Positions 32,204 through 44,783 of a DNA stretch of 64,000 bases are shown here, piece after piece. Both the position numbers and the translations under genes were made by a program. The stretch's first letter is position 1, and each line of letters starts with the position of its first letter. The notes under the pieces are model-generated. The model was not told where the DNA came from. It searched no databases and saw nothing but the letters and a program-made list of their open reading frames with translations. The stretch is from Heteronotia binoei (lineage: Eukaryota): NCBI RefSeq assembly GCF_032191835.1, contig NC_083237.1:29946001-30010000 (forward strand), written 5' to 3'.

Positions 32204-32718
32204 TAGGATTGCCAATCCCCAGGTGGAGGCAGGGGATCCCCCGGTTTGGGGGCTTCCCCTCCCTTCAGGGTTATCAGAAAGCGGGGGTGGGGGGGTGGGG
32301 AGAGAAATGTCTGCTGGGCACTCTATTATTCCCTATGGAGATAGATTCCCATAGGGCATGATGGAGAATTGATCCGCGGGTATCTGGAGTTTTGAGGAGG
32401 CTGTTTATTGTGCTAGAGGTGCCAGATTTTCAGCATAGCATCCAGTGCTTCTCCTTGAAATACCTTCCAAGTTTCAAAAGGATTGGACCAGGGGGTCCAA
32501 TTCTACGAGCCCCAAAAGAAGGTGCCCATATCCTTCATTATTTCCAATGGAGGGAAGGCATTTAAAAGGTGTGCGGTCCCTTTAAATGTGATGGCCAGAA
32601 CTCCCTTTGGAGTTCAGTGATGCTTGTCACAACCTTGGCTCCTGGCTCTACCCCCAATGCCTCCTGGCTGCACCCCCAAAGTCCCTAGATATTTCTTGAA
32701 TTGGACTTGGCAACCCTG
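32204..32718 (-). mobile_element. Same hAT-type MITE family, reverse orientation, in SPNS1 intron 1
   Basis: TAGGATTGCCAA...TTGGCAACCCTG with perfect 8-bp TSD TGCTGATC; reverse complement of 5227-5724. A partial copy lies at ~3870-4185. Confidence 0.8.
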
Positions 32719-32771
32719 TGCTGATCTTTCTTGTTTGTGTATCTCCCAGCAGGGCCCTCCCTACCCCTGCC

Positions 32772-35700
32772 ATGGCATCCCCGTGGATCCCCTATGCTGA
32801 TACGGCCCCCGTCCTCAGCCAGCCCGATGACACAGAGGAGGAGGAGGACCTCCAGGCCAAGAGGGAGAGGGAAGAGGAGGGAGATGTGCAGACCATCACG
32901 GGGATCTCTACTTCACACGGGGTCCGCATTGTGGGGGTCCTCTGCTTCGTCAACCTCCTGAACTATATGGACCGCTTCACCGTGGCTGGTGAGGAGATTG
33001 GAGGAGTGAGCTTAGAAAGTGGGGTGGGAGCTGGTGTTTTAGTCCCTACGTATATGATGTTGAGAGGGTGGGGTGGGGTAGCCAGCTGGTAGAACAATTT
33101 AATTTAATTTTTAGATTTATACCCCGCCCTATCCCACAAGCGGGCTCAGGGCAGCTCACAACAATAAAACAACAGAGTTAAAACAATACCATAAAAAGAG
33201 ACATTACAAAACAGGAGCAGCACAGTAAACAGTCTTACAGACATGGGCAGTAAACAGCATGCAGCTGATGGCTAGTAGTATAACATAACACCATAAAGGT
33301 AAAATGCTGGGGGAAGTGATTACTTTCAGAGGCCCTGTGAAACAATGAGGAATTGGCCCCTTAAATTGTTCCCTAGCTTTATTTTTAAAACGATAAGTTG
33401 TAGGAGTGAGCGTTGGTTTTGCAGAAAGAAGATACGTTGCTTTGTTTCCTGGATTTTAAGAGCTGTCTTCCTGCTTTGCATCAGGTGTTCTTCCTGACAT
33501 TGAGAAGTTTTTTAATATTGATGACAGCAAATCAGGACTCATACAGACAGGTAAAGAATGGGGGGAGGGGAAGGCTTGAACTCTGGGTTGCTCCCCTACC
33601 CCCGCTATGTGTTTTATAGGGGCAGCAGTCCTGGAGCTGGAGCTGAATGGGAGCTGATGGACATTCTCTTAACCAGTTTTCTCTGTGGGCAGTTTTTATT
33701 TGTAGCTACATGGTACTGGCACCAATTTTTGGTTATCTGGGGGATCGCTATAATCGCAAGTACCTGATGTGTATCGGGATCACCTTCTGGTCAGGTGTGA
33801 CTCTGGGGAGCAGCTTCATTCCTCAAGAGGTATGGGGGTTGTATGGGTGAAGCAGGGATGGGTATAACTGAGAAGATTCTTTATCTCCAGGACATAATGA
33901 AAGACTCTGGGTTTGGATTTTGGATGTGTTTGTTTTCCTTCCTATCCTGTCCTCATCCAAACTTCTGGACTCATGAAGTGGGGGAGGGCTCTGGCATTGG
34001 TGCCCTTTTGGGCATTCTTGTGACAGTTTGCCTGGAAGCTGTGCTTTAGTAGAGCAATAATCCTTGCTCTGTTTGACCAGCTGTTCTCAAAGCTGCAGCA
34101 TAATTGTTCAGCTCAGGAGGAGACTTTCACAAGGGATAAAGTCTTCCTTATGCTGATTGTCCTGTTGGCTTAAGCAGATCTGTTTGCGTGCATTGTTCTC
34201 TCCCTCCCCATCTGCAATCTCTGTGTTTTTTGTCCTATTAGGAATCTTCACTGTTCTGATTACTGATTGACTGAAAGGGCTTTTTAAATCATAATCTGAT
34301 TTGGGTGTGTCTTAACAAGTTTAAAACCTGCTTAACTGTCACAGCACCTGACCAGGTTCCTCCAGGAAATGTTGTTGGGACAATTCTCAGCACTCGCGCA
34401 TGACTACAACTCTGCGTTCTTTACATTCAACTCTGTGGAATAGCTGGGTCTTTGGGGTGTTCTCTTTGGTGTAGTGGTTAAGTGTGTGGACTCTTATCTG
34501 GGAGAACCGGGTTTGATTTCCCACTCCTCCACTTGCACCTGCTGGAATGGCCCTGGATCAGCCATAGCTCTCATAGGAGTTGTCCTTGAAAGGGCAGCTG
34601 CTATAAGAGCTCTCTCAGCCCCACCTACCTCACAGGGTGTCTGTTGTGGGCAGCGGGGTGGGGGGGGGGAGGTAAAAGGAGATTGTGACCACTCTGAGAT
34701 TCAGAGTGTAGGGCGGGATATAAATCCAGTATCTTCTTCTGATACTTCTTGTCTGTTTCCCATTCTAGTATTATGGGTTGCTGCTGCTGACACGAGGCCT
34801 GGTAGGTGTTGGGGAAGCCAGCTACTCTACCATTGCCCCCACCATTATCGCTGACCTCTTCGTGGGCGACCGGCGATCCCGCATGCTCAGCATCTTCTAT
34901 TTTGCCATACCAGTAGGCAGGTGGGAACACTTAAGTGTCTATTGCTGCAGAGTTTAGAATGCTGCCTTGTAATGCTTGCTTACTGTCAGTCAGAATCAAT
35001 ACTCCCTCTAAGCTGTGGAGACTTGGGAACAAAAATTCTACTTTGTGAGCTACTGGCATTAAAGCTGTTAGCTATTGCATAAATTAGTTTGCCCTGGGGC
35101 CATTTTTCCTGAGCTAAGACAAAAATGTGTCAGCTGGATGTTAAAAAAATGTGAGCTAGCTCACACGAACTCAGCTTGGAGGGAACACTGGTCAGAATAC
35201 CGCTTTACTGTCAATTAGAAACTTTTTCTACCAGAACAGCCCATTGTGCCCTTCGATAAACCACAGATTACGTTAAACCAGTGGCAGAAACCAAGTGAGT
35301 GTTTGGTTGTTTGGTGAGTGTAGAGGTTGGCGAGCCTGCATGGGAGGAGAGGTTCTGACTGCTCCCTCTTCCTTCCCTGCAGCGGTCTGGGCTACATTGT
35401 GGCATCGCAGGTGAAAATCCTGGCTGGGGACTGGCATTGGGCTCTGCGGGTAAGTAGAGTGGGGGATGATACGTTGTCAACATTTGTTGCCTTGAATATG
35501 TATTTTTGCATGTCGTTTTCAGGATCCCTTTCCCACAGAACAGTGGCACACCTTGCCCCTCCCCCCCACAGCACATGGGGCTTGATTGGCCCTCTTTTGG
35601 GCTGCCTGAACTGAGAACTGGTCTTCTCTGCTCTCTCTCTCTCCAGGTGACACCTGGCTTAGGGCTCTTGGCTGTGCTACTGCTGGTGGTTGTGGTGCGA

Positions 35701-38700
35701 GAGCCACCTCGTGGTGCTGTGGAGACGCACTCTGATGCTCCTCTGCAATATACTTCATGGATAACTGACCTAAGGGCCCTCAGCAGCAAGTGAGTGATGC
35801 AGGAGAGATGGAATCCTCTGCTACTACATCCGCAGGAGCTTTCTTTCCCTTCCCCTCTGTCCTCTTCTATAGCTTCCTATCCTTGGTCGTGTGTTCCCAG
35901 TGAGTATTTCAGACTTACAATCCTTGCTTCATCTTCCTTTTGTGTTCACTACGCTCTGCTTGTGAGCTCAGCACATGTGGCTTGAAAGTGAAGGAACAAC
36001 ACAAGCTCTGTAGGGAGGCTGAGCAAAGTTGGATAGGTGAGCCTCCAGGATGCTTTAAGATCGTGGCTTTCAGGTGTGTTCTAGGAGAGCCTTGGCGTTC
36101 TCCCTGGAGAAGACCAGCTTCCGAGGAAAATAGCTCTTCTGCTGCCAAAAAAGGGGTCCTGGGTATCCTGGGAGATATTTTTGATGTCAGGCTCATGAGG
36201 AGAATGTGAGCCACGGCTTCTGCCCCAGAATCCTTTGTGACAAGCCACTGTGGCTTGGCTGTCAAGTCAGTGGCAAAACCGTCTTCTGAAGATAAAAAGC
36301 TCCTTTTCACTACCAAGAAACTTTTGCCAGGAAAGACAGATCCCATGCGGACACAACTCACACATGATAGGGGCTTCTTTGGCGGGGGAGGGCGGGATAT
36401 AAGAATAAATTTATTATTATTATTATTATTATTATTGAAGAGGGAAAATGGGGTTCAATCAACTGGAATAGCTGATCTGATCCAACCCAGAAAGTTTCAT
36501 ACTATTACGTTAGGACTTGTGGTTAGACATCCTGGTAAATGTGCTAGAAGTCGAGTCCAGTTTGGTGTAGTGGTTAAGTGTGCGGACTCTTATCTGGGAG
36601 AACCAGGTTTGATTCCCCACTCCTCCACTTGCAGCTGCTGGCATGGCCTTGGGTCAGCCATAGCTCTCCTTGGAAGGGCAGCTGCTGGGAGAGCCCTCTC
36701 AACCCCACCCACCTCACAGGGTGTCTGTGGTGGGGGGAGAAGATATAGGAGATTGTAAGCCACTCTGAGTCTCTGATTCGGAGAGAAAGGTGGNNNNNNN
36801 NNNNNNNNNNNNNNNNNNNNNNNNNNNNNNNNNNNNNNNNNNNNNNNNNNNNNNNNNNNNNNNNNNNNNNNNNNNNNNNNNNNNNNNNNNNNNNNNNNNN
36901 NNNNNNNNNNNNNNNNNNNNNNNNNNNNNNNNNNNNNNNNNNNNNNNNNNNNNNNNNNNNNNNNNNNNNNNNNNNNNNNNNNNNNNNNNNNNNNNNNNNN
37001 NNNNNNNNNNNNNNNNNNNNNNNNNNNNNNNNNNNNNNNNNNNNNNNNNNNNNNNNNNNNNNNNNNNNNNNNNNNNNNNNGTGCCAGTGTGCAGGCTGTG
37101 GCACATCAGTTGCTCCCAGTGCCTTGGTACAGTTTGCTTGCAAGCAGTAAGTGGAGAGACAGGCAGGGATGCCAGAGCTGGGTATCCTGGCCCGTGGGTT
37201 CCATCCAGCCTGTGTGCCAAAACCTCCCGTTACCAGAGTCAACTCCTTTTGAGTATTAGCCATTTGTAGCTGAGGATATCTTGTCCTGGGATTGCAGTGC
37301 AGTTCTAAGCAATGGTCTGTATCTGCATTAAGACCATTTGATCCTTCAGCTCTTGAAGTCTGGCAAGTGTGAATGGGTGAACTGAGTTCCCTGAAAAGCT
37401 TTGGGCATGTATGAGTTCTGCCTGCGACAACTGTCCTGTCTGACTCACCTGCTCATCGTTGCTTGATGTCGCTGTCAAGGGGTGAGCTTGCCTGCTTGGT
37501 CCTGATCAGGCCAGCACGTGGATGAGAGCTCTCCCAGAAACCCCACATAGGGGCCACCTTGAGTTCCATGATGGGAAAGAGAGGCCAAATCTCAGTGCAA
37601 TGACTGTGCCCCTAAATTCTATTCTTAGAAGTTAGCTGCAGGCATCTTGTGGGGCCAAAGGGCATTCACTTGCCTTCCCTTTCTCGTCCACCAGCCGCAG
37701 CTTCGTGTTGTCGTCTCTGGGCTTCACGGCCGTGGCCTTTGTCACAGGTTCCCTTGCGCTGTGGGCCCCTGCGTTTCTGTACCGTTCGCGCCTGGCCAAT
37801 GGGAGCCTTCCGCCTTGCCCCTCAGAGGCGGCTTGCAGCACTTCAGACAGGTGAGTTATCAGGGTGGGGCGGGGAAGCCCCCTGACTGTGATGTGTTGCT
37901 CAGGTCCCCCTTGAAGAACTTCTGATTCAATGGTTATTGTCTACAACCTTCCTGAGCTGGTGTAGCTGGCTTTGCTACAAATGCCAAAGCTGCCTGTTTT
38001 GACTACAGTCCCTGGGAAGACGCTCTCTGCCTGGCCTCCCTGTCGTCAGTATAGGGGTAATAATGCTTGTTGGCAGGCAGGGTGTGTGTCAATTGCTCAG
38101 TATCTCCATTTTTGCAGCCTCATCTTTGGAATTATCACTTGCGTGACTGGCGTGCTGGGTGTCGGCAGCGGGGTGGAGATTTCCCGGCACCTGCAGCGTA
38201 GCAACCCTCGCGCCGATCCCCTGGTTTGTGCAGCTGGTCTGCTTGGCTCGGCCCCCTTCCTCTTCCTGGCTGTGGTGTGTGCTCAGGGGAGCATTATTGC
38301 CACTTATGTGAGTTTACCTTGCCCCTCGAGTTTCCCCACTCCCTGCAGAATAGCCCTTGGACCCCGAACATGGCTGGCATAATCTGTTTCTCCTCTTCAT
38401 GCCCGATAGGTTTTTATCTTCATTGGCGAGACCCTCCTTTCGCTCAATTGGGCCATTGTTGCCGACATCCTTCTGGTGAGAAACCGGAAAAAGGGAAGTG
38501 GGGGGGGGGGCGGGAACAAAGCTCTGTAGTTTGCTGCAGTCACAGTATTAAACCTATTCTCTTACCTCCTCTCCTCCATTCTCCTAAACATTTCAACCTT
38601 GCATTTTGGCACAAAAGTACACCCCCTACATGCCCTTAACAGCTGCAGAACATCCTTTTTCTTTTGTTAATGTTTTGTTAATGTTAATGCCAGATTTGAT

Positions 38701-41700
38701 GCAAATCATTGTTCTTCCCCTCAATCCCATAGAGCAGTAACACAGCACTGTTTAAGAACACAAGGGAAGCCATGTTGCATCAGGCCAGTGGCCCATCCCA
38801 GCCAATACTTGGTGTCACACAGTGGCCAAAACTCAGGGGGTCCACCAGCAGGGCCAGAATTCCAGAAGCTCTCCCACTGTTGGCCCCCCAAGCACCAAGA
38901 ACACAGAGCATCACTGCCCTAGACATAGTGTTCCATCAATATCTTGTAGCTAATAGCCACTGATGACTTCTGCTCCATAGGTTTATCCTATCCCCTCTTG
39001 AAGCTGTCCTAAGCTTGTAGTCACCACCACTTCTTGTGGCAGTGAATTCCAGATGCTAATAACTCTTTGGGTGAAAAAGTACTGTTCTAAGCATATTACT
39101 CATTAGTTTCATTGAGTGTCTGCAAGTTCTTGTGTTGTGAGAAAGGGAGAAACATCAGCCAACTTTGAACAGGTTTGATTTTTTTTTTAATCAAGCACTT
39201 ACGTCCTGTTTTAGTATATCCAATTGCCAAAGCTGCTCACAATCAAGCTTTAAAAGTCAGAAAGATTAAAGCATAAATAAAGCCAAGTACAGTGAGGATC
39301 ACCAGGCAGATGGGGTGTGGTGTGGTGGTTCAGTGGTTCAGACAGCAAGAAGCACCACATTAATAGGCGAGCAAGATTGTATTGCTGCTTAGGGCAAAAT
39401 GAATGGCAGTGTGTTGACATTTGGTGCATCTGAGTTTTGCGTCAAATGCAAAAGGTACAACCTGTGATCATTTGTCCCATTCTCATTTTCTCCATGTATG
39501 TAAGAGGGAGAGAGACAAATTGCCTTTAGTTTTCAAAAGCTTGTTATGATAAATCTTCTCAGGGCTTTTTTTGAGTGGGAACGCAATTCCGGCTGGCTTG
39601 GCAACAGGGTGTGGCCTAATATGCAAATGAGCTTCTGGGCTTTTTCTACAAAAATGCCCTATGCCGAACAATGGTGATGTCAGGGGGTGTGGCCTAATGA
39701 TAATGAGTTCCTGCTGGACTTCTACAAAAAAGGCCCTGAATCTTCTACTGCAAGACTTTTTTTTTTGCATGTGCTGTTAAAAGTTTGATATTGCATATTT
39801 TTACTAATGTGTGGAGGACCCTGAGGATGCCTCCTTTCTCCAGCAGAGGTCGCTAGTAGTCTTTATCCTCTCTCCCCAGTATGTCGTCATCCCCACCCGT
39901 CGCTCCACTGCCGAAGCTTTCCAGATCCTGCTTTCCCATCTCCTGGGTGATGCTGGGAGCCCCGCGCTTATCGGCTTGGTAGGCACTGGAAACAGTCTGT
40001 CCTGAGTTATTGTGAAGGCCCTTTTCATAACCTTTGCAAGGTTCATCTTCCCACCCAGTCTGTTAAACCGAACGGCTCCTCCCCTTCCTTGTGCTGCCAC
40101 ATCTTGGGGTTCCCTTCAAACTATAGGGATATTTTGCAGAGCCACTATAGCCGCATCTTTTCAGATTTGGGAGGATACAGCCAGGGTCTGCCTGCAGCGT
40201 TTGTTCAGGCCTACGGGAAAACATGTTGCTATGTTGACAGATTGGAAAGTGTGCCATCTTGTGTGGCCTCCGCTGCATTCTTTTCCTCACCTGCCTGAAA
40301 GGATTTAGATGCGTTTTTTCTGAAGCAGCATTCTTTCCAAATAAGAGGGAGAGTGATAGAGGCAGGTTTTGCCATTGCTTCCCTTCCCCGTAGGCAATTC
40401 TTACTTGCCTTGGGTGACCAGCTAAGTGGTGTTTCTTGTCTCCGGCCCAGGTGTTCTTCCTTTTGGAGGGACTGTGCCTCCACAGTTACCCTCTGGGAGT
40501 GGACTAACCTGTCTTCTCTCTTGTCCCTGCCCTGCCCCTAGATCAGTGACCGAATCCAGCACAATCGCCCCGCGTCGTTCATGACGCAGTTCCGGAGCCT
40601 TGAGTATGCTCTGATGGCCTGCGCTTTCGTGGGAGTGATCGGTGGCGGTTTCTTCTTGGCCACGGCCTGCTTCATCCAGGCAGACCGCAAACGCACTGAG
40701 CTGTATACGCAAGGTAATAAACCCCCTTTCCCCACTAGTGAGCTTATGTATTGACCACTTATACAGTATATCTGAGAAGACAAAACATCAGAACTGTCAT
40801 CTTAAAGCAATAATAGGTTTGCAACATTACAAAACTGCTTCAAAAATGCAAAGTAGCTAGACTGCGAAAATCCATCCAAGGAAAAGTCCCAATAGGAGAG
40901 AAGAATGCTGTTGCAAAGGAGGACTTCTCATCTCCTACTGAGGATCATTTGTCAGGCTCAGAGATAAAACTGAAGGCCTTGCTTCTGGTAACCAATGATT
41001 ACAATCATGTGCAATGATGGTATCAGAAACAGGGTGCGGTTTTACAAAAGAGAGGGTGAATGCAGGAAGAAGTGGGGTCCAAGGCATGGCCATCACAGGC
41101 CATGAGGAGCTCTGCACTTCCGGATGGATCTAGATCACAAGTGGCCAAATTTGCCTAACATAAGAGCCTCATAGAATAAACATCAGATGTTTGAGAGCCA
41201 CAAGATATGCAGGGAGGAAGGAAGGAAAGCAAATAGATTGGGGGGGAAAGGAAGGGTGGAAAGAAAGCCACTTTAAATGTCTGGCTGGACTTAGAGAAGG
41301 GATTTAAAGAGAGTCACAAGTGGCTCCCAAGCTGCAGTTTGGCTACCCCTGATCCAGAAGCAAGCCAGCAGCTGATGAAATTAAAGCCAAGCAGTCCAGT
41401 CTCCTAGTATCTATTTAGGCCCTGCCATTCTTCCCTCAGTGGGGATCCCAAATGGCTTAAATCCTCCTCCTCCTCCATTTTGGCCTCATAACAATTTACA
41501 TGAGAGAGGATATGCTGAGAATATGTGACTGGCTCAGAGAGCTTCTGGGGCAGACTGGGGATTTAAACTCCTGTCTCCCAGATCTAACACAGTAACCATG
41601 ACATAATGCTGGCATGTGCTGGGAAATGAGCTGTGACACTCCACAATGACTGTAGCTTTTGAATAGTCTTCAAGGGAAATCCCACGTGGAATGTCTCAGA

Positions 41701-43113
41701 GCAGTCCAGCCGGTGAGTAACCAGAAGCATAGGAGGGGGCACAGCCTACAGAGCAGATGTTGTTCTGTAAACCGAGTTGTGAGTGGAGGTGTAGAGTTCT
41801 CAAAATCTGCCATGACCGTCTGAGAGCAACCGTGGCCCATGTGTGCCGCTTCCCAATAGCAAAAATGGAGCCTTACGTTTGCGGCTTTGTGGAGCGCTTG
41901 GGTGGGTGGGTTGGCATTGGCTTTGTACCCTGGGGAAGTGCACCACCACTCTGACTGTGGAATGAGTGGGTTTGCCCTGCAGCAGGCAATAGAGTGGCTG
42001 GAATAAGACCACCTTGGTGCTGTTTTGCAACAACCAGGGTTCGGTGGGAAGCACCTGACTTCACGACACAGGTTAGCTCCTGGCTTTACGACACAGATGA
42101 GCTTAGAGCAGGGAGAGGTTTGAGTGTTGGAAGTCACATATGGGGCTGTTCCAGAAGAACAAAGATGGCTGTTCTAAGGCACTTGTGAGCAGTTGCTAAG
42201 CTTTGGACACGTGGTTCTTTGAACAAGTGAAGCTGCTTTATATGGATTTAGGCCCTTGGTCTGTCAAGATCATCATTGCCTATTTTGGCAGGCAGGGAGG
42301 CTCTGCAGGGTCGCAGAGCTTTCCCATCACCTTCTGCCTGATCATTGAGATGCTTAGGGTTGACTCTTGACACCTTCTCCATGCTTGCACTACCCACCCT
42401 CTGCCACTGAGCTGCCCAGCTCCAGCTTGAACTTTCTTTGAAGTTCTAAAGTGCAAATGCGCCTGTTGTACAGAACTTGTGTGCGAGAGTCACTTGTGCC
42501 CAGATGTGTCTCCGCCAGCTCAAAGCTATGCCTAACAGCAAGCCAGTCAGCTGATTAAACCTTCTCTGCCAAGGGGTTCCGTAGACCAGGGGTGTTGAAC
42601 TCATTTGTTATGAGATCTGGATCTGACATAAATGAGACATTATTGGGCCAGGTCATGTCGGGTTGGGCCAAGCCATGTTGGGCTGGGCCATGTGTGTACC
42701 TATTTAAGATTAGGTAGCACCAGGGAACTGGGCAAAGGAAACTCTGGTTCTTTCCTTCCTTCCCCAAGGGACCAGGAGGGGAAGGAGCCTCAGCCAATGG
42801 AGAAAATAGAGGCTTTGCTCTGTACCTCCTGTGCAATTGAGCAAGCCTTGCAAACCAAGCTGTTATGCACAAAAGAGAGGAAGAAGGAAGCAGATGACAG
42901 CTAGTTGCTCGGGGGCCTGATAGGAGCCCTCTGGGAGCCTGATTCAGCCCCTGAACTGCATGTTTGACACCCCTGCCGTAGACCATCCAAACCGTGACAC
43001 TTTCTTCTTATCCCTCAGGGCAGCTGAACGAGCCATTGGAAGGCGAAGACCGCATTGTGGTTCCTCAGCGTGGCCGATCGACGAAAGTCCCTGTTTCTAG
43101 TGTCCTCATATGA
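32772..43113 (+). CDS. SPNS1: Spinster homolog 1, lysosomal MFS transporter, 12 coding exons, 519 aa
   Basis: Exons 32772-32988, 33485-33550, 33693-33829, 34769-34920, 35383-35449, 35647-35789, 37695-37850, 38118-38307, 38410-38475, 39880-39978, 40542-40713, 43019-43113 (1560 nt, open frame). Motifs [76 protein letters not shown] and the C-terminus [21 protein letters not shown] are specific to SPNS1. Confidence 0.97.
34460..34740 (+). mobile_element. Squam3-type SINE (young subfamily)
   Basis: TTTGGTGTAGTGGTTAAGTGTGTGGACTCTTATCTGGGAGAACCGGGTTTGATTTCCC...GGGCGGGATATAAATCCAGTATCTTC. It ends just before the acceptor of SPNS1 coding exon 4. Confidence 0.8.
35000..35191. mobile_element. MITE with CAGTGTTCCCTCTAAG-type ends
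   Basis: TACTCCCTCTAAGCTG...CAGCTTGGAGGGAACACTG. Siblings at ~50133-50320, ~61240-61395 and (split) ~5120-5810. Confidence 0.6.
36555..36793 (+). mobile_element. Squam3-type SINE running into the assembly gap
   Basis: Same consensus as the 34460 and 50488 copies. Confidence 0.8.
36794..37080. other. Assembly gap (287 N) in SPNS1 intron 6
   Basis: N run. The SPNS1 frame joins across it without a missing exon. Confidence 0.99.
39560..39738. mobile_element. Same octamer-bearing hAT-like MITE in SPNS1 intron 9
   Basis: CAGGGCTTTTT...AAAGGCCCTG, perfect TSD AATCTTCT, ATGCAAAT at 39621. Confidence 0.75.
42587..42975. mobile_element. hAT MITE (CAGGGGTGTCAAAC TIR family) in SPNS1 last intron
   Basis: TIRs present, perfect TSD CCGTAGAC. 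Confidence 0.8.
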
Positions 43114-43430
43114 AGACAGTCCCTGCCTCTCTTATCTGGCATCGGGAAGGTGTGGACTCGTGCCCTCTGTGCTCAGCCAATCCATGGAGCCAGGGAGGGA
43201 GGCTCTCGGAATGGACCAAGGCGGGTGGTCTCATGGACAGCTGCTTTTTGGTGTACATGGGATTTTTATAAAGCACAAACCTTATCCAGATTCACGTGTC
43301 TTTATTTTTCAGGTGGGTGGAATGGGGTGATGCAGTGGGTTCCCTGCTTGTTGCATTTTCATTCGCCTCTGAAAAAGAAAGAACTTTGGGTGATGAAGTC
43401 TAGGGGAGTTCTTTGATGTATGGAATAGAG

Positions 43431-43565
43431 CAGGGGTGGCCAACGGTAGCTCTCCAGACTTTTTTGCTTACAACTCGCATCAGCCCCAGCCAGCATGGCC
43501 AATGGCTGGGGCTGATGGGAGGTGTAGGCAAAAAACATCTGGAGAGCTACCATTGGCCACCTCTT
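43431..43565. mobile_element. Short hAT MITE (CAGGGGTGGCCAA TIR) in SPNS1 3' UTR
   Basis: TIR-like ends, perfect TSD GAATAGAG. Confidence 0.75.
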
Positions 43566-43656
43566 GAATAGAGGAAAACAGTGGGGTTGTTGCTTGGTTT
43601 TGACAGAGGGGAGGCATTCTAAAGCTTTTGGCTGATGGACAGTGGTTACAATGTTT

Positions 43657-43860
43657 GGAACAAAGTTTTCAGTCCTGTGGCATCTTTAAGACCAGCAACA
43701 TTTTATTCTGGCTATAAGCTTTTGTGTGCATGTATATCTGATGAAGAGTGCATGCACGTGAAAGCTGATACCTGGAATAAAACTTTGTTGATCTTAAAAG
43801 GTGCCACTGAATTCAAATTTTGTTCCATTGCTTCAGACCAACACAACTACCCAACTGAAG
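43657..43860. mobile_element. Penelope-like inverted pLTR pair downstream of the SPNS1 stop
   Basis: Arms 43657-43732 and 43751-43826 are imperfect reverse complements around a CTGATGA..GAAA motif. Confidence 0.6.
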
Positions 43861-44777
43861 TTAAAATGAGTGCGAGAAGCTGTAACTTGGCTGCATGAAA
43901 TAGGAGAGCAGCTGTGTGTATGTGTGTATTTGTGTGTGTGTGCACATGTGTACCTGGAAGTCATGGCGACCTGGTGACTGACCCCTACTGGGGGCATGGA
44001 GAGAGGTGGCTGAATAAAGCCTGCCCCTGCCTTCTGGTTCTGGTATTTCAAGGCGGTCTCCCATCCAAGTACTTGCCAGAGTTGACCCTGCTTAGGTTCT
44101 GAGATCTAATGAGATCAGGCTTGCCTGGGCTGTCCAGGTCAGGGCAATAGGAAAACAAAAGGGAACTGTTCATAGTGGTTGATAACGCTATGAATGATAA
44201 TCTGTGTAGCTCAAAACTATTATGATTGTAATGTGGCCTGTTTCAGGGGCTCCAAAATTTCTTTTCTCTTACTTTCTTCCTCAACAAGCAGCATTTGAAG
44301 AGACTGCAGTCAACTTGGATCACATTTTAGTTGAAATTGTGGGGGAAATTGTAGCTTTTTGCTTCTAACTTTTGACCTGAGACTGTGTGTATGTACCTGT
44401 GAATGGATTGATCTCTTCCTACTTTTGATGGTTTGCTGCTGTGTATAGGGAGCTGCATCTATTGGAAAACGGCTGGCAAGACTTTGGCTATTCGGTTGAT
44501 GAATTGTGGCTATTTCATCTATGCGAGCCTTTGCTTGGTTCTGTGATCCTTGTGCAGAGGACATGGCTTGTGTGAACTCTTGTATTATGAGATTGGAATG
44601 GATTCTGGGGCCCCTGGGAGCACACTGTGCTCTTTTCCCTATAGTAAGTGGATTGGGTTATTGTTGTGATTTGCTAACTGGTGCATTTTGCTGTGCCGTC
44701 ACTTGATGTGATATGGCTTGTGCGTTTCTACTTGCAGTGCCCAAGAATCTGAGAGGTTTTTTTTAAAAAAAAACCCC

Positions 44778-44783
44778 AATAAA
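44778..44783 (+). terminator. Candidate SPNS1 polyadenylation signal
   Basis: AATAAA after a GU/U-rich 3' UTR-like stretch. Alternatives at 43776 (inside the PLE fragment) and 44013. Confidence 0.4.

Noticed and set aside
34474-34854. Recurrent [21 protein letters not shown] ORFs (also 36237, 50508, 62413, 10562)
   Set aside because: Chance translations of Squam3 SINE copies.
36574-37269. Long ORFs of 159-229 aa
   Set aside because: Artefacts of translation through the N gap.
40012-40330. Hidden exon or snoRNA in SPNS1 intron 10
   Set aside because: The SPNS1 frame is complete without it, and there is no convincing C/D or H/ACA box pair or known protein motif.
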